The notes beneath the pieces are model-generated. The model ran no database searches, was not told where the DNA came from, and saw nothing but the letters and a program-made list of their open reading frames with translations. Positions 1 to 12,593 of a stretch of 64,000 nucleotides of DNA are shown in pieces. The stretch is from Blastocladiella emersonii ATCC 22665 (taxonomy: Eukaryota > Fungi > Blastocladiomycota). The position numbers were made by a program, and so were the translations under genes. The stretch is from positions 496,001 through 560,000 of the forward strand of contig JANHCV010000011.1 of NCBI GenBank assembly GCA_025594325.1, given 5' to 3'. Within the stretch, counting starts at the first letter, position 1. Every line of letters begins with the position of its first letter.

Positions 1-720
1 TGCATGCGGTGAAACTTATGGGGCTTAAGTTGGAGGCTCAACCAGAGCATGTGTGATTTGCGGAATTTGCAAAACAGCACCGTGAAATTGAATTGGACAG
101 GTGCATGGCTTGGAGAGCAACAGGAGTGCACATGATTTGTGGTTGGGGGGGGGGGGCAGAAAAGGTCCAACCAACAGACACAAACACAACAGGTACCATG
201 ATTAAATAAAGGGGTACAATAAGCGTGAAGGAGACGCTATGGACTGATGTGGTAGCCACAACCATGCCATCAATCTCATGACATGGCAGGCATAAATGGG
301 CAGCAATCAAGAGCAGAATGCACAAGCGCATGCCAGCAAGCGAGTTTAGCACCGAACACACAGTGAGGAGAGGGCAGGGTGTGCTTGGAGAGAGCATACT
401 TTGGCAAACAGGCAAGGGTCAGGTTAATGGGGTATAAGGCTCCAGCAAAGGTCTGCTTCAGGCGGCTAGAGGTGCAGCACATTGTACGTTTTGCTGCAGT
501 GGAGCAACATGGGGGCAGCGCTTGGCAAGCTTGGCACACCAGCCCATGCATCCAGCAACAACGCGAGCTAAATTCTGGCGGCCAAGTCTCCTTCTCTGAA
601 AACAAGCGTGACTTTGGACGTGCATCAATGTGACGCAGTACTGTCAGCAAAGCGGCACTGATGTTCCAACAACGCAAATATAAATACTCGCCGCGATTGA
701 CCTTCATCAGAGCACAATTT

Positions 721-792
721 GGGGGTGTAGCTCAGTGGTAGAGCGCTCGCTTCGCATGCGAGAGGCCCCGAGTTCGATCCTCGGCTCCTCCA
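721..792 (+). tRNA. tRNA-Ala (anticodon CGC), intronless
   Basis: Cloverleaf: D stem GCTC/GAGC, anticodon stem CTCGC/GCGAG with loop TTCGCAT, T stem CCGAG-TTCGATC-CTCGG. Has the G3:U70 Ala identity pair and a T-rich run downstream. Confidence 0.95.
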
Positions 793-1655
793 ACTTTTGA
801 TTTTGGAATATTGGTTTGCGTGAGGACTGGTCAACTTCCAGTGCTATTATGCGCACCCTCCATGTCTGGTCGCTAGTCGCCCATGAAAACGCGTTGCGAC
901 GCCAAATCATATACCTTCAGTTCCTCACCACATGCGCTGTGCAACAGCAAATTTTGTGTTTGTATGATGTGTCTTCTATGCAAATGACATCGAGCACCAC
1001 ACACAAGTCAGCAATGGACAGACGGCACATGACCAGGCACTACTTTTCCTCCTGACAATGAGGGTGCCTTGCACTCACACATGTCATTCATGGGAGCATC
1101 TGCAAACTCATTTTTATGCAGTTGGTTGTGACGTGCACACAGCTCCAGCTTGGGCTTCAAATCAAGCCCACAAGCGGCTCTCACGGAAAGACAAATTGGT
1201 CTTTTACTGAGAGCCAGGAGGAGTGGGAAGTTCCCACTGGGACCTCCCCCATGTTGCTGTGTGCAGTCTTTGAACGCTATGGAGCTGTAACCTGCGCCTG
1301 TGTTGAACTGAACCCTGAGCACGTGGGATGAGCTCCAGTGCAGTCACACGCAGCAGATGCAATTCATGTACACGTTTAGGTTGGACACCACAATGCTGGC
1401 AAGCAGTAGGTCTGCAACTGGTGACAGGATGCAGGCTCTATGTGGGTTGGTGTAGTCTCCCACTCCTGACCTGCCTGGTGACTGCAGTCATGGCACACAA
1501 TGCAGCAGAGGAGTTGTGGAAAACCCAGTTCCTGACTTTGAATCCTTGCTTCTGCTCTCCACCAATTTTCCTCCACAGCTCAGCTGGTCTGTTGGACATA
1601 CTCAAACAAGTTGTGACATGTGTCAAGTCCTACAGGGAGTTGACCAGGTAGAAGG

Positions 1656-1820
1656 TGCTGCATGGCAGCAAGGCAAGGGACAAGTAAGTAATCAGGGGTG
1701 TGTATTCCTGCCTGCAGCCCCAAACCAGGGTAGGGTGAGGGGAGCAAGAATGACAAGAGGGGAACGGGGCTGCAGGAGCGCGGTGGGCTGAAGCAATGGT
1801 GCAGACAATTGCACATAACA
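1656..1820. mobile_element. Degenerate solo-LTR-like copy (family of 12919-13129 and 30070-30292)
   Basis: Shares the core TCAGGG.TGTGTATTCCTGCC...CCC.AAACC.GG...GGGTGAGGGGAG with the two TSD-flanked solo LTRs. It ends in TAACA, but no TSD was found and the boundaries are approximate. Confidence 0.55.
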
Positions 1821-2166
1821 GATTAGGTGCGCAATTGTCACCTGCTCCCTGCTTGACAAGTAGCTTGAGACGCAACAGCATGGAACACCAGCCATCCAGG
1901 GAAGCGAGCGGCTGCAGAATAAAAGAAAAAAAAAATACTGGGGTTTGCTCTCAAAGTCCTGTACCACGCTTGGATGCCTGAGAAAAGTGGGGGGACTTGA
2001 GTTGCATACAGGGCTCTTGTGGCTCACTCCCTGTGCATTGTGGTGCAGGTGCTTGCTCCTCACTGAAGCTAAGCTTGAAGTCTGGTGGTACCCGTGTCTC
2101 TGCAACTCCACTATAGACGTGCAGTATAGTATGTGTGCAAGAGAGGCACGTATGCAGACAAAAAAG

Positions 2167-2238
2167 TGGAGGAGCCGAGGATCGAACTCGGGGCCTCTCG
2201 CATGCGAAGCGAGCGCTCTACCACTGAGCTACACCCCC
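2167..2238 (-). tRNA. tRNA-Ala (anticodon CGC), second identical copy in inverted orientation
   Basis: The reverse complement is identical over 72 nt to 721-792; the flanks are unrelated. Confidence 0.95.
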
Positions 2239-2467
2239 ATGTGTTATGTTGGCACACTAATGCTGGCCCTTGCGTGATTATATTTGTGCCATGCGACGCG
2301 CGTGCACCGCGGATCTCTCCATGAGCCCCAACGCCGCGGAAAAAACCGCCCGCCCGATCGCCAGCGGTGACTTGCCGCCCATTTCCCCGTTACCCTCAAA
2401 AGGTGCCCCCCCCACAGCAGACGTGAGCTCATTATCACTAGGTGACACTGCAAAACGGGCTCATCGC

Positions 2468-2520
2468 CTTTTGCTACCCCCGCTTGCTTTTGGTCGCCCC
2501 TACACGGCTTTTGGTGCTCT
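2468..2520. mobile_element. Orphan Harbinger/Tourist-like terminus (CTTTTGGTGCTCT); related opposite-facing terminus at ~10056-10095
   Basis: The AGAGCACC terminus matches the TIR start of the 31168-32806 element. The reverse complement of 2468-2520 resembles AGAGCACCAAAAG...GGGGT.AGCAAAAG at 10056. The partner ends were not found. Confidence 0.4.
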
Positions 2521-3298
2521 AGCCACTGCCGCTTGAATATTTTCACTTTTGCGGTGACCGGCCCAAATGCACCCCGCCCCCCCCCCAAGAAAAAATACAC
2601 CTATCCAATTTAGCGTACTAAGCCTTAGTGTACTAAATTTAACACTCCTCAGAAATTGATGGGCAGTTCACGCAACGAAACATATGCACTACAATGAAGC
2701 TTCTAACGTAGTCCATCTTGCGCCCGTGGGCAAGCAAGCTGGAAAGACCTTGAACTGGTTGCCACCTGCTGAGACAAGCAGGGCAAGGCACAAGTGGCCA
2801 CACCAACAGCGGCGGTAATGTGCTTCCTTCACCAAATTAAGGTGAGTACGGATGAGGGAGCCCCGTGGCGGTGGTGGCCAGTGGGCACCCACAATCACAA
2901 AGGTGGATCTCATGGTTGCGCTTGTAGAAGAGCAAGCGGTGAACCTTAGAGTAGTTAGTTACCTTGCGTTTGCAACTAGAGGGTGGTCAATTCGCGAGTT
3001 GCAGGTGCCAGGTGCCACAACTGTCACAGCAGCAAGCACTGCCATGGCCGCATAAGTGCTGATCCCACAAGTGTAGCTTGGCAGTGCGCGCCACTACTTG
3101 GTTGACTGCAGCACCATTGTCCCTGGAAGGTGCTACAAGCGCGCTAGTTGAGGCTTGCAGCGTTGCGCTGGTTATTGATTGCATATATCTCCCTATTTCC
3201 TCTCCATCACCACCAACTGAGTTGTAACGCGCAGAGCTTTGTGGCTGTGGAATGTCTGGCTGCTCACAGTTTTGTGAGTGATGATGATCCAGGTTATA

Positions 3299-6200
3299 AA
3301 AGCGCTAGCTGATTCACATGGGGGAAGTTGATTCAAGCAGAGAACCAGGATCCGCGGTGCCATTGCAAATTCAAGTGGGGGATTCGAATTTGGGCAGCGG
3401 TCGCGAATTTGGTGAATTTTCGCGAATTCGCGGTAAGTAACTGGATTCAGACCCCCACCACAACAGCACCAAACGCACCAAATCGACCCCTAAAAAATTC
3501 ACAATGGAGTGCGGCCCATTTACCACTCATTCCCTCCTGTTTCTCCCTTGTTTTGTCTCCCTCATTCCTCTGTAATCAAAGTTCACACTCTGTTATCACT
3601 AGTATACTGGTCCATGTACCGGTATACGGGCTTCCCATCTCCTGGACGCCATCGTGAAACGCCATTTTGGCACTGGAACCAGGCTAGCCGATTGGAGCTC
3701 GCAGCTGACCCGATTGGACCTGCAACCTGACCCGACTGGGCCTGGCTATACCCGACCGCGCCTGAGGTGACCCGATTCCTCATGGAAATAAATTAAATGG
3801 GGTCAGCTCTGGACTCGAAGACTTAGACACGTAAATGGATGAGCTCACAATCCACCTCAAGAATTAAATGATGGACTTGCGGCCCGAACGCTCCGATCAA
3901 GGAGGAAATTGCTCCCTGAAAGGTAGCGCGATCTGAGGAGAGACGGTGCAAAAATGAGGAGAAGCGAACGAGCTCGAGATATATACAGCTGCGCCAGCGC
4001 AAGAATTCTGAGATCCTAGCGAACTGCAGCCGCGGAACAGAATGAACGTGTTCGAGTCCGCTTCGTGTAGTGCGGGCCGAGTATCAGGTCGAAGACGGCG
4101 ACGATCGAGCAGATGTCAATGATTGCGCGGCCGCGTGCGGGGTTGGAGTTGAGCGACTCGCCCATCCGCGTGCGCACGACGACGCCCGTCTCGCTGCAGC
4201 GGTGGTCGACCACGAGCGTGTCGGATCACGGCGGACTCGCGCACGCGACCGCCGTCAAACTGGCACTTGACGAACTGCACCAGGTGGCCAATCCAGCGGG
4301 GATTCCGACCGGCGTCGGTCACGGCCGTGCAGAGCACGCCATTGTGGGCCACGCGACCGTGGTATGACTTCTGCTGCGCGTACGCGACCTGCTTGATCGA
4401 GTGCCCAAGCAGCGCCGCCCACGTCATGGCGATCTTGGCCTGCTTGAAGACGTCGATGGTCACGTTGGGCAAAAGGTCGCGGTCGCCGTCGCGCGCCGTA
4501 GCTGCGGAGCCACACACGAGGAGAAACGGACAGCGACAAGATCGGGATGAGGCGGTGGTCGACGCGGCGCGGGCGAGGCGAGCACGTGCGAGTACACGTG
4601 GAAGATGGACGTGAGCAGGTCGGGGCGGAACACGGCCAGGTTGGCGAGCGCGTAGGCAGCGAGCGGCGAAGCCCGTCGCCCCACTCCTCGTCGCCGCCGC
4701 CGTAGTTGGTCGCACCACCCGACTCGCCAGGCCGCCGCTGCCACTGGCGGGCCTGCCGAAATACACGTCGGCCTCGGGCTGCACGATTTTGAAATGCTAG
4801 TACAGCTGCGGAGTCTCGAGCCAGTTGTGCGTGAACACGGGCAGGCGGACGAGGGCCACAAAGTCGGCGAAGGCGCGCGGCGAAAGGACGAGAAGGGCAG
4901 CGCCGGCGACGCGTAGCAGGTGAGCGGCTCTACAACCGACTTGCGCGACGGCGGGTCACGCTTGCGCATGCGCGCTCGGCGCGCAGCGTCTGCAGGGTCG
5001 CACGCGCGCCACGCGCCGCGGCGACGCTATCTCGCGGGTGAGATGCGGCAAACGGTCGGCGGGGAGAGAGGTGGGGTGCATGATGTTGTCGTGCTCAAGC
5101 CGCGGGTCCAGGTGCAGCTCGTCGCGGGACCCGAACGAGACCGTGACGGCGGCAGCGTGGTGTAGCAGGCGCGCCTACTTGGTCGCGAGCAAGCGGGCAC
5201 GCAGGCCGAGCTCGAGCGAAGAGGTGGCGGCCGGCGGTAGTGGATAAAGCTTCATGGGGCGCTGGCAGCAGCGAGCGGGGGAGAGAGCGAGAGCAGCCCG
5301 CTCTCGGGACTTCGCGTTTTTTCAAGCGGCGGTCAAGCAGCAGAGGCCCTGTCAACTAGTCACATGGGCCCCGGTGACGTCGGCGCACCTGCGTTTCGCT
5401 TGCGCTGATCTACGCCACCGGCTCGCCCTCACTTGAGCGACCGCCTGCCACCCCGCGCAACCCGCTCTTCCATCCGCCCTCACGCAGCACGACGCCCTGG
5501 CGATCCACCACCCAACCACCACCCGATCCATGCCCATCTTCCTCACCATGGCGGACTGTGTCGCGCGTCCGTGACACTCTGTCTCCTCCCCATCGCGCTC
5601 GCGCTTGCGGTCCTCAAGTTCCCGCCTGGCCTCATCGACATGACCACGCTCGGCCACCGCCTCAAGACCCTCGGCAAACATACGCTCGCCCTCCCCCACG
5701 GTTCTGGAAGCGTATGTGTCAGCCTGGCCGTCCTCGCGCTCCGTGAGCACCGCGCTGACAGCGCTGCATCGTCCCAACACCGTTTAGGCTTTGTTCGTGA
5801 CGCGGCTTCTGCCCTAACGTGTGCAACAAGGCCACGCTCTCGGGGCGTCCCCAGCGTGACCCGCGGCATCGCCGCCCGCTCGTCCGGCTTTACACGTCGT
5901 CGTCGACGTACGTGATACGCTTGCCCGCGGTGTTGCAACGCGTACTTCTTGACTGACCTCTCATCCCCGCGACTGCTAGGCACCATGCTCCCGTGGTTCG
6001 AGCACTTTTAGTACCACGTCATCTTCGAAACGGATGGCGAGTTTGTGCCCGCCGCCGCCGACGTCAAGCTGGTGGTGCGCGTCCTGTACGAGGTCTGCGC
6101 CGTGGTCGACCGCATCTTCCGCATCTCGCACGCGCATGCGCGCCCAAGGGCTACCACCACGCCACGTCCGCGTTCTACTCGGGCCGCACTCCGTGCTACA

Positions 6201-7871
6201 ATGACCACGTCGGTCGCCGGGACAAGATGATCGAGGCCGCTGGTGACGGGTTATCTAGTCGTGGACCTGAAACCCCGAGATCGCGGTCGTGGAGAATACG
6301 GCGACCTGCAAGAACAAGGTCGCAGCCGCCGAGTTCATGGCCGAGTGCAACAAGACCGTCCCCGTTTCGCCCTGCGACTGCCCGCCCGACATTGAGTCCC
6401 AGACGCTGCGCGAGGCCGTGTTCATTCATCTCGCACAAGGTCGTCGTGTTTGACGCAAGAACGTCATGTCGCCAAGGTCGTGGGCCCTAGCGCGACGCCA
6501 AGTCGGAGGTCGCGTTTGCGGTCGTGGTCGCGGGTCTCCTCAAGCGCACGCGCGAGCTGCCCAAGGAGTACGCAAAGGGCCAGAGCAGGCGATCTGCGTT
6601 GTTTGGGTGATGCATTGAATTCGAGTGTCTTTCTCTGATCAATTTCTCTTTCTTTTTGATTTGCTAGCTGTATTTCGAGGAGCTGATTTTTTTGCAGCGT
6701 GAAAAACGCACTTAGTGCAGGTAACCCGATTGGGTTGGTTGGGAGGCTGAGTTTCAATTGAACCTGGCGAGGTCCAATCGGGCCTCCGGGGTCCGATTGA
6801 ACCTGCCCGTCCCGACTTGGATCAAGTTCCCAATTGGGCGGCACTGGTCCAGCCACCTCAACCACCCCATTCGGGTCAGCCAGAAATGTACGATGGCAGT
6901 CCCTCCCCCATGGCGCTTATTGATTGGCTGTATAATGAGTCCAACCAAGCACAATCAAATCAGGCTTCCAGCTTCCTTCACAAGTTGATGTTGCCCCGCT
7001 CCCCAATTGCAAGTCTGCAACCAACGGATTTGTGCGCACAGACTGAAAACGCTGCATGTTTCTGCACGCGTTGATGCATCTGACACACACTGTCCAGGTT
7101 TGATGCAGTTTGCTCAATATGCCAAAATTAAAGCCTAACGCTTTGCTTTCTTTTCTTTCAGAGCATGTGACATTTTCCCCTTGCCAGATTGCACAACACG
7201 TTACACTGGCTTAAATTGGGGGGCACCTGTTGAACGTCACGCTGTATGTGCGTTTGCCAGTTAGATGCAGGGCAAATTGTATCCATAGCGAGAGTATTTA
7301 TTATTTAAGTGGTCACTGTTGTTAGCCTTGGGCGCAGATGGCAAGATACTGTCTACATTTAACTTGTAAATGCTGTTGGTAGCAGGAACATCATGGTGTA
7401 TCCGTTTTGTCCACTCTCACATCAGTAAACGCCATCGTGAATGGACAGGGCTAACTGGCCAGCAGGACATGCTCAAGTCCAGATACCAAGACCATTCAGA
7501 AGCAAAGCTGCCAGTTTGTGCCCAAGACCAAGGATGATTGGTTTGATTTGATTTGATTTATAAGCGTGATAAAAAAATGAGAGCGACGCACACAACAGAT
7601 ATGATGGGAAAGTAAAGAAACAGCCTCTTGTACAGGTGGGCACATTGTGAATGTTTTTTTTTTCTTTTTTGGGGGAGGGGGGGCAGATTTGGTGCGTTCG
7701 GTGCTCTCGCGGGGGGTGAGGACTTACTGGTTTTCTGAGCAGATTCGCGGAAATCCGCCAAATCCGCTGCATCTCCTCGAAACTGCTCCCTCCACTTGAC
7801 ACTGCTTCCTCTGCTCAAATTTGCTCTCTCCGCCCAGATCCTGGTTTTCTGAGTGAATTCGCCAGCGCTTG
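3299..7871. mobile_element. Region bounded by ~210-bp diverged inverted repeats (3299-3510 and 7645-7871); possible long-TIR (Mutator-like) element
   Basis: Colinear inverted matches AAGCGCT.GC..ATTCAC, CAGA.AACCAGGATC, GCG.ATTTGG.G.ATTT.CGCGAAT, AGCACC.AACGCACCAAATC and ATTCACAATG. No TSD was found. Confidence 0.45.
3644..6902. mobile_element. Degenerate DNA transposon with subterminal CCCGATTGG-type arrays and two divergent decayed ORFs
   Basis: Ends GGACGCCATCGT / ACGATGGCAGTCC, with repeated CCCGA(T/C)T motifs at 3700-3780 and 6720-6880. Frameshifted, GC-rich coding-like sequence lies on - (about 4000-5250) and + (about 5550-6600). The superfamily could not be identified. Confidence 0.45.
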
Positions 7872-7944
7872 CACAGTCCTGGCTTGGCTCTGGATATACC
7901 CTGGAACAGCTCTCAGCTGGGTCCGCCTTCCTCACGATTATTTA

Positions 7945-8460
7945 GACACGCGACGAATGAGAGTTTGATGGTCAAAGGGAGATTTATATTTCAAATCACG
8001 GCGACATACATGCCGGCGACTGGCGGCACCATGTTGCGCAGTAGCGCTTGCGGTCAAGGGGGACTTGCAGCCACGTTGTGAGCGGGTTGTTGTCCTTGGC
8101 CACGGTCTTGTTCTTGGGCTAGATGTACTCCTGGCGGAACCCTTTGTTGCGCCAGGGGGCCCTTGACGGCCAATCATACGCCACAAGGGCAAAGTTGGTG
8201 AACTTGACCTTGTTGAGCTTGGGCGAGGTGAGCAGCAAGGTCTTGGCGAACTTGGCGCCAGCCTTGAGCTTGAGCACCTGGCGCAGCTGCACAGTCTGCG
8301 TGTTACAGGATGCGTGGGTCAGCGCGAGTTTTGCAAGCACCAAGCAGTGAGTTCAAACCAGCTTGACCCACTCAACAGTTTGTAGATCGAGACCATCAAA
8401 CTTGGCAAGGCCAAGATGCAAGTGCAATTCCCTAGAAATGGTTGAGGTGATCTGTGAGCG
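7945..8460 (-). pseudogene. Decayed coding relic of unknown identity
   Basis: Strong C/G-ending codon bias (aag/ctc/gcc) in one frame, interrupted by stops, e.g. FRQEYI*PKNKTVAKDNNPLTTWL. Confidence 0.3.
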
Positions 8461-11400
8461 CACGCAACGAGGAGGCGGGGACTGCAACAGACGCTACATA
8501 CGAGAATGACACATGCAGCGCAAGTGAGAAACGCGGCGGGGTCTGCACCCCCGCTCACGCCAACTTGGCAGCCTTGACGTGCTTGCACCAACTCTGCAGC
8601 CATGGCGTGCTTGTAGACCAGCAAAACGGCCCACGGACAGCGATCCCAATCATGCGTGCCAACGACGGCGTCCGCGCGCGCAAGCGCGGGCGCGCGAGGC
8701 AAAGAGTTTCATGGCTTAAGCAGTTGCAACATGAGCGATCATGCTTTGAGGGTCAAGTTCTGCAGGGGAGCACGTCTACGCGCGCTCAAGCGGTTGCTAA
8801 GGGCCTTGGCGGCTCGTGCAAGAGCGAAAAGATGTTGATCAGGGTCACGTGGCGCTGCCTGATACGCATTGCTATGGGCCTCAAGGACTTGTCGTTTTTT
8901 TTTTTCCCTTGCACTGCGCGACCACGGCCGCCAACCACTGACCTGTGTGGCCCACAAGTTCCATCTCCCAGGTACCATCGTAGTTTCAACCGCCATCCTC
9001 TGATACATCCTCATGCTGCAGCCCTGAAGCATACTGCTGCCCGCGAGTGCTTGCGCGTGTCACCGCGCAGCATGCGCCTGCCGCCATTGCCGAGTTCGCT
9101 TGGCCTGCGCTGTTGACAAGCCACCTCGCCCCGCTCCGCTTCAACAAGGCTTGAGATCCTTGCGTACACGCCAACCCCACCGCATGCAAGCCGCGTGGGC
9201 TGTTGCGACCGCGCCAGATACTGCGCGGCCACGGCCAACGGGGCCTGCAATTGTGCAGGCTACAGGCGTGGGCGCGCTGAGCCCCTTGAGAAGCGCACTC
9301 TGGCAGCATCGTCCCGCGTTGCATTGTTGTGTAAGTTTGGCGATACAGCAACTGCGCCACGTCCTGCGTGTGAGATTGACTACTCGCCTAGTTTCGCGCA
9401 GCGCTTCGCTGCTCTTGGACAGCTCCAGGTGTTGCTACTCTATGAATCGTGGCCCACGCAAGCGCGGGCGGGCATGAGGAGCGCCTGGTGGCTATTGTGG
9501 TGCTTGCTGCGACTCGCCGTGGCACTCGCCACGCCTGCCACCCGCGCGACTCGCAAGCCGGTTGCCCGCTCGCCTTGGACGCAATGCAGCTGCTCTCAGA
9601 TGTACCACTCGTCTTTTGACAAGCGCGACCATGTGAAGTACCAGCCGGATCAAGGACGGTTGCCACCTGTCACCGCCACGCAGCGTGCAACATCCGTACT
9701 CGCTGCACTGCTCCCGCTTGCCAACCCAGCGCAGCCAACGCTCCCCACCGTCGCTGCTACGACCTCCAACCTGAGCGTACAGGGCCGCTTGCACCTCGCT
9801 TTGCATGTTGCCCGTTCCAACAACGGGATCAAGGTCTTCTTCAGCTCACGGGTTCACGGAAGCGAGAGAGGCAGCACTAGAAGCTTCACAGTGGTGCATA
9901 AAATTTTGTTGCGCGGACTGTCCATCGATGTTTTGAGAGGCGTTGAATTTAGCGTGTTAAGAGTTAGTGCTCTAAATTGGAGGAGTGGATTTTTTTGAGG
10001 GGTTCGAGAGCAAGCTGGTCATCGCGGAAGTGAAAATATCTGAGCGCTGGTCGTGAGAGCACCAAAAGTCGCGCGGGGTGAGCAAAAGTCGCGAGATGAG
10101 GCTCTAAAGTCCGCGGTGGCTGGCAAAAGCTGTTTTGGCCAGTTCACAATGCATAGCCAGGGGAAGCAGGGTTCCTTCACGTGCACTAATTTGCAAGGAG
10201 GTGGAGAAAATTTTGAGTTTAATAAGTGCGCTCACGTTATGCGTGGCTGTGACTTGCCACCTGGCACGCGTTGTTTTGACAGTAGTTTACTTTGCGACAG
10301 CATTTTTGCTTTGCATTTTTCTCCTCCAAATAGCCTGTGACCAGCCACATGGAGCGTCTATAATTAGATTTGAAATATCATTAATGGAGCGCAAACGTGC
10401 ATGTTTAAAAGCTGTATTTATTGCTGTTGTACAGATACGCTTTGTAAAGCTCCAACTAGAGGAGCTGGTCAGGTAGCTAGCTATACACTTGGGTTGCTGA
10501 CGGGAGAGGGGGAGACAAGTTTGACAACTCTCAACTTTGGGGTGTGTATGGATGAGGTCCTCCTCACTATGGCGGGGGTCAGCTGCTTTATATGCAAAAG
10601 GATGGTGACTGCAGCGGATCCATAGCGGCGCGGGTATGGTAGGTAAGCCACGGCACAAGGTGGTGATGGTGATGGTGATGGTGATTAGGACGTTGATGGA
10701 GATGAGGCGCAGCGCTGGAACATGATCATAAGCAGTGAATCAGGGGCGAGCTGCTGAAGGCGCAGCGTAACACGCTTTCCAAACTCATGACACAGTGTGT
10801 GCTAGTGCGCATAGGTCCCAACAAGCGTGGCATTTTGTCACAACTCACATAACCCACCAGGATTTTGGCCTCTGGTGTTGCCAAACTACCTTCTTGAAAC
10901 AAGCGGCGCAGCGGTGTACAAAACTCACCTTGGCGTGGTTTGACTGCCTTGCTTTATTTTCTTTGATTTTGACTATATTGGAAAGGTAGCGCGCAATACG
11001 TTTGTTAAGGCTCGTAAGATGGTGGCCATTGAAACCCGCAAGAAGAAGGTAGTTTGAATCCCGATGTACAAGATAACGCCGCTGCAACCATCAGGATATA
11101 TTGTAACGTCATGGTTTTGAATTCTCAGCCAGCATTGATGCAAGTTGAAAGACATAGGCTGCGCCAACCAATTTGAGATCTGGCTCGTGTCCTTGGGTGT
11201 GGGGGTGTGAGGCAAGGCAAAGGAACGTCTTTGTACACTATTTTCGTTAGCGCGCGCAAGCTTTAGTAAATATATTTATAGCGCTTAAAAACTTATTTTG
11301 TTAAAAATTTATCATTTTTTTTTGTGTATGGCTAACAGCGACTTTTCTGCCCAGCGTGTCATTGTCTGCATCGTTGATGTGTCTCTTGTCTCAAAAGAGC

Positions 11401-12507
11401 AAAGCAAATTCGTAAAAAGCTATGACTGACTTGGTGGGGATGGAAGCATCTTTACGTCAGTTACCTCAGCTGTGAATGAGCATTTTGTCAATACGCCGGC
11501 CTGACAACCTTGAACCATAAATTCGTATATATACTTCAATCGAGAGCGGGTTTTCTGCACTTGCGCGGCAACCAGCGAAATCTACACTTGAATTTAGCTC
11601 TGTGATTTGTAAGTTAACAGCTTATTTAGCCAAATATAAATTATGAGGTTTTAGGTGTCTGAACAAACTCTCTTTTGAGTGCTGAATTCTTGAGCACCAG
11701 CTGCGCTTGGCGTGCGCAGGTGATCGGAATTCGGAATTATTGGCACTCTTGTGAGGCAGGCAGTAAACTGGGACAGCACCTTGAACTTGCCTTTTTGAAT
11801 CATATCGCTCAACGATAAATTCTTTTTTTTTTCTGACTTGAGGCAAGTTCAGCTGGAATTCTCAAACTCGCCTCCCTTGTACTATTTTCGCAGCCCAACC
11901 AGTTGTGCGTTTCTTTTTCATGTTTGGTGGGACATGGCCAAAATTGTTGTTTGAGACTGGGCCTTAAAAAAAAAACCACTTGTGGGGCCACCCTGTTTTT
12001 GGTTTAACACGGCGCAAAACATTCAGTGAGGATAGAGGTGGTCATGTAACTGGACACTGGCGATAAAATTTCCTGACGGTTTGAATCCCCTTCCTTGGGG
12101 TGCGACGATTGGCGCTTGAATTTGCCTAGTTGAGCCCACTTCCCTTGTCCCGCGCTTTGTATTTTTTTGTTGTCGTGAGAGAAAATGTAGTCACAATCTA
12201 AAAGCTATTTTTTATTAGCTCGTTGACGCGCCAAATAATTTTTATTGAAAGAATTACGACAGGTAACCTAGGTAATCGCTAAGTGGGAATTGGAAGAGTC
12301 GAATTTTGAGGCGCTGATTTCTCGGTATCCAGGCATTAGAATTGTCCGCCACTTACAGAACATAATCTCTGCAATTAGGACAGCATACGAGAATTTTCGC
12401 ATGTCTATTAGAGCATTTTTCAACAGTTTCTCGAAATTTCCGAGCTCTTGGTCATCTGAGTATATATTAGACCGTGGCGGGATAGAAGTTATGACAGTAA
12501 ATTTGAT

Positions 12508-12589
12508 GACAACGTGTCCGAGTGGTTAAGGAGACCGCCTACTAAGCGGTTACGCTATGCGTGCGCAGGTTCGAACCCTGCCGTTGTCG
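12508..12589 (+). tRNA. tRNA-Ser with anticodon ACT (class II long variable arm)
   Basis: Acceptor stem GACAACG/CGTTGTC, D arm TCCGAGTGGTTAAGGA, anticodon stem ACCGC/GCGGT with loop CT-ACT-AA, variable arm TACGC-TAT-GCGTG, T arm GCAGG-TTCGAAC-CCTGC, discriminator G. Confidence 0.92.
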
Positions 12590-12593
12590 TTTT
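12590..12593 (+). terminator. Pol III T-run terminator after tRNA-Ser
   Basis: TTTT immediately follows the discriminator base. Confidence 0.6.

Noticed and set aside
2608-2641. Imperfect palindrome AATTTAGCGTACTAAG-C-CTTAGTGTACTAAATT
   Set aside because: It is real but short, lies among TE debris, and is most likely a remnant of a TE end; no function can be supported.
9195-9998. 267-aa ORF with a CNC motif, considered as a SWIM/CxC transposase domain
   Set aside because: No complete metal-binding pattern or catalytic motif is recognisable.
12030-12095. GGTTTGAATCCC T-loop-like motif suggesting another tRNA
   Set aside because: No acceptor, D or anticodon stems could be folded.
10400-12500. 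AT-richer stretch with short ORFs
   Set aside because: No motif, RNA gene or repeat boundary recognised; treated as decayed intergenic or TE sequence.
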